Assembly: GCA_050014195.1 (NCBI GenBank) | Contig: JBEKDT010000002.1 | Location: forward strand, 320,001-384,000 | Source of the DNA: Desulfomonilia bacterium | GTDB lineage: Bacteria > Desulfobacterota > Desulfomonilia > UBA1062 | Length of the DNA: 64,000 nucleotides | Direction of reading: 5' to 3' | Part shown: piece by piece, positions 61,260 to 64,000 of the stretch | How the letters are laid out: each line of letters opens with the position of its first letter | How positions within the stretch are numbered: the stretch's first letter is position 1 | Notes under the pieces: generated by a model | Databases searched by the model: none | What the model saw: the letters and a program-made list of their open reading frames with translations, nothing else | What the model was told of the DNA's origin: nothing | Made by a program: the position numbers and the translations under genes

Positions 61260-62831
61260 ATGTCCTCTATAAGGATTGAGATCTGGGTCGTTATTTCAAT
61301 CTTTGTCTTGCTCTTCTTCCTCATTCCCGGTATTAACCACGGGTTGTGGAGGCCTGATGAACCACGGGTTGCAGGCATATGTGCCGAGATGGCACGGACC
61401 CATGATTTTGTCATTCCCCATCTAAACGGCAAGCCCTTTCTCGAAAAGCCTCCCCTTTACTATGCTGCAGGGGCTCTCGCCGGTTCTCTCCTCGGAGTGG
61501 ATAGCGACATCCCTTACCGCCTTGTATCGCTCTTCTTCGGCACTCTCACGATCATTATTACCTTTTTAGCGGCATCAAGAAAGGGCGGGCCCATCATGGG
61601 CATCATTGCAGGGGGTATCCTGGCAAGCTCATGGGAGTTCTTCATGTTATGCAGGTGGATACAGGTGGATGTCATCCTTGTTTTTGGTGTGACTATTGCC
61701 ATGTATGCATATCAAAAATGGCTGGATTCCGCCAAGGCCTCCTATTCCATCCTTTTAGGCCTTGCTGTGGGGATCGCCTTCATGGGGAAAGGCATGGTCG
61801 GACCGGCGATCGTTGCTGCTGCCGTATTAACTGATATCATACGCCGCAGAGATCTCGGTACATTCAGGCGGATCAGGCCGTTTGTGGTTCTTGCATTCAT
61901 ACTTATTGCTGTACTGCCCTGGATTGTCGCCCTCTGGGCCCGCGGAGGCTGGCCTTTCATCAGAGAGGTAATCGTGGTGAACAACCTCATGCGTTTCACG
62001 GGCGCTCCCGAAGGTGCGGCACTCGGGCATCAGAACGGCCCCCTGTATTATCTTGAACACTTTCCGGGGAATTTTCTGCCATGGACCCTGATCTTTATCC
62101 CTGCTTTCATTGCATCCATCAGGAAGTTCAAGGATGACCCCTATATCTGCTGGTTCATCGCCCCGTTCATCCTTCTATCCATCGCTTCGACCAAGAGGGG
62201 CTTATACCTGGTGCCGTTGTACCCCGCTGCTGCATGCATGATAGCAGACTGGATCTCGAATGCGCACCTAATGAAATGGGAAGAGCTTCTCATAAAGATT
62301 ACCTGGGCCGTCTCTATCGCCGGCTGTCTTGCCCCCTTCGCCGGCGCTTTTCTCGGGATGCCGGCACTCGGGATAGCTTTTGGTATGCTCGCAGTCTTCT
62401 CTCTGGTTCTCATCACAAGGGCGAGGGTGAAACAGCAAGAGGCCGTATCCCTGGTCATGATGGTGTGCATAGCCATGTGCGCATGCACGATGATATATTT
62501 CCCCTACATGAAGCCGGACAAGGACTACCTTGGTTTTGCACAGCAGGCCCTTGCTGCGGCGGGCAACAGCGAGATAACCCTTATCGACACTGATGAGTCA
62601 TTGGAGGGGGTGTTCCCTCTTGTTGCCGGCAAGACCGCAAGAGAGGTGTCTTCTCGAACGGATATCAGGGATGAGGGTTTCTATCTCTTGGCCGGGAATA
62701 ACGATACATTCATGAAGGCATTGCAACAGCGATCCAGGGTGGAGGTATTCATGGAGAGGAAGCTGGGTCAGAAAACGACACGGCTTTTGTATATCAGGCC
62801 CGACACGGCCGGTAAAAAACCAAACATCTAG
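61260..62831 (+). CDS. ArnT-family (GT-C) glycosyltransferase
   Basis: PDEPRVA, PFLEKPPLYY, KGMVG, KRGLYLVP. Confidence 0.9.
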   Translation: MSSIRIEIWVVISIFVLLFFLIPGINHGLWRPDEPRVAGICAEMARTHDFVIPHLNGKPFLEKPPLYYAAGALAGSLLGVDSDIPYRLVSLFFGTLTIIITFLAASRKGGPIMGIIAGGILASSWEFFMLCRWIQVDVILVFGVTIAMYAYQKWLDSAKASYSILLGLAVGIAFMGKGMVGPAIVAAAVLTDIIRRRDLGTFRRIRPFVVLAFILIAVLPWIVALWARGGWPFIREVIVVNNLMRFTGAPEGAALGHQNGPLYYLEHFPGNFLPWTLIFIPAFIASIRKFKDDPYICWFIAPFILLSIASTKRGLYLVPLYPAAACMIADWISNAHLMKWEELLIKITWAVSIAGCLAPFAGAFLGMPALGIAFGMLAVFSLVLITRARVKQQEAVSLVMMVCIAMCACTMIYFPYMKPDKDYLGFAQQALAAAGNSEITLIDTDESLEGVFPLVAGKTAREVSSRTDIRDEGFYLLAGNNDTFMKALQQRSRVEVFMERKLGQKTTRLLYIRPDTAGKKPNI

Positions 62832-62865
62832 GCGATTCCATCCGTTCATCATACGTTCTCCGGCA

Positions 62866-63558
62866 CTAAGTGATATCTCCTATTCCCCTTCCACCGGGAC
62901 AATTGCCCCTGCAGGCATGGCAGGTTTCCAAGGTATAACCTTTTAACGTAGTGACGATAGACTTCTCCCTGCAGTTTTTCTGTATTACCCTTGATCCGTC
63001 CAGGGCCTTGCCGGGGCAATTATCAACGCACAGGCTGCACTTCCCGGAACAGAACATATACCGCGCAATCGGGTCTTCATCCAGTGCTTCGTCTAAAAGC
63101 ATTGCCCCAATCGTAATCCTGTTTCCGAACACATCATTGGTGAGCAGGGTGTTCTTTCCCATAACACCCAATCCGGCCATATACCCGGCATGCTTCAGCG
63201 ACAGTATCCCCTTGCCTTCTTTTGCATCTGCATCCCAGTACTCATACGGCTCACTCGGGATCGGCACTGCGATAACACCTGCATCCTGCAGATCAAGTGA
63301 AAGCCGGCAGGTTAGACGGAATACCTCATGAAGGATAGTCTCTGATGCAAACGTGTATGGAACAGGGCTTGCCGAATAAAAGGCGCCCTCGGGGAAACGC
63401 TTTGCCAGTACAACAACCGACCTCGTGCCGGAGAAAATATCTCTTGGCCCGAAACCTTGCGGTGCATCTTTGAACCTTTCAACCGGTGCGATCCCGCACA
63501 GGTCCGCACCAAGATTCTTAGCCATACTCTTCAGTCTTTTTGCAGTCATCTTTTTCAT
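62866..63558 (-). CDS. Epoxyqueuosine-reductase (QueG)-like Fe-S protein
   Basis: GADLCGIA, SLKHAGYMAGLGVMGKN, C..C..C...CP and C..C...CP; start after GGAGG. Confidence 0.8.
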   Translation of the reverse strand: MKKMTAKRLKSMAKNLGADLCGIAPVERFKDAPQGFGPRDIFSGTRSVVVLAKRFPEGAFYSASPVPYTFASETILHEVFRLTCRLSLDLQDAGVIAVPIPSEPYEYWDADAKEGKGILSLKHAGYMAGLGVMGKNTLLTNDVFGNRITIGAMLLDEALDEDPIARYMFCSGKCSLCVDNCPGKALDGSRVIQKNCREKSIVTTLKGYTLETCHACRGNCPGGRGIGDIT

Positions 63559-63606
63559 GTGATCTTTCCTCCGTGACATCGGATGCACTTCATATTTTTT
63601 CATCAT

Positions 63607-63807
63607 CTAATGCAGGCAGGCAACGGATAGAGAAAACAATACGGATGCTATTATCCAGAACAAGGCCTTTATCATCCCCAGGAAAGTCGCCGCTTCCCGA
63701 TACCGGCAAAGAGACTCCTCTCTCGGGACATACCTGATCGAGTACTCAGGGGTGAACAGATACACGATATATGCAATCACCTTGCCCACTTTCATACTTC
63801 CATACAT
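63607..63807 (-). CDS. Small hypothetical membrane protein
   Basis: 66-aa ORF with a C-terminal TM helix, divergent from a LysR gene; start uncertain. Confidence 0.35.
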   Translation of the reverse strand: MYGSMKVGKVIAYIVYLFTPEYSIRYVPREESLCRYREAATFLGMIKALFWIIASVLFSLSVACLH

Positions 63808-63860
63808 TGCAGCCTGCTGTCCATAATGATTCCCTACAGTATTTTACTTGGTCGAATCCA

Positions 63861-63875
63861 ATCGTCATATCTGAT
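63861..63875. promoter_or_regulatory. Putative LysR recognition site (T-N11-A)
   Basis: ATC-N9-GAT dyad in the spacer upstream of the LysR gene. Confidence 0.45.
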
Positions 63876-63911
63876 GGACACGTTCACAAATCCTGATTAT
63901 ATACCCTTTAT

Positions 63912-64000
63912 ATGGAACTCTATCAGCTGCGGACCTTTGTAACGGTGGCAGAGGAAGGGCACCTGACACGTGCCGCAGGAAAGCTTTTTACGAGTCAACC
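63912..64000 (+). CDS. LysR-family regulator, N-terminal fragment (runs off window)
   Basis: Absent from the ORF track. MELYQLRTFVTVAEEGHLTRAAGKLFTSQ is a LysR HTH start. Confidence 0.9.
   Translation, partial: MELYQLRTFVTVAEEGHLTRAAGKLFTSQ

Noticed and set aside
63559-63609. In-frame TAG-ATG joining the small ORF to the QueG-like gene
   Set aside because: The QueG-like gene has its own GGAGG SD and ATG at 63558, and nothing supports readthrough.

Overview
Bacterial chromosomal window. Gene content (tungsten-type aldehyde:ferredoxin oxidoreductase, selenocysteine-containing SelD, many Fe-S/radical-SAM proteins, lipid-handling enzymes) suggests an anaerobic deltaproteobacterium-like organism; this is inference. 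Layout: (1) CusR/CopR-like two-component pair divergent from an ArnT-family transferase. (2) Housekeeping block tig-clpP-clpX-lon-HU-tRNA-Val-tRNA-Asp-queA-tgt-yajC-secD-secF, preceded by a tRNA m6A37 methyltransferase. (3) Thymidylate operon (dCMP deaminase, Dcd/dUTPase-like, ThyX). (4) A lipid-oriented island at ~17.6-30.7 kb: a class I HMG-CoA reductase-like enzyme apparently co-transcribed with a stand-alone DUF2156 (aa-tRNA-dependent transferase) protein, a divergent NarL-type two-component system, and an AOR-SCP2-FeADH-SCP2 operon. (5) Amino-acid ABC transporter, a GTAG-type REP doublet, UGA-Sec selD and a LysR regulator. (6) Assorted metabolism: acyl-CoA ligase, 2-hydroxyacyl-CoA dehydratase subunit, amidohydrolase, aspartokinase. 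(7) Tandem methyltransferases, CheB/CheR-PAS fusion, a hybrid kinase split by an in-frame TAA, and stand-alone motAB. (8) Fe-S proteins, B12 radical SAM enzyme, a second ArnT, a QueG-like protein and the start of a LysR gene. No CRISPR array, rRNA, transposase or prophage gene was seen. The best candidate for an undescribed system is the HMGR-like + DUF2156 operon and the surrounding lipid island. All calls were made by eye, without database searches.
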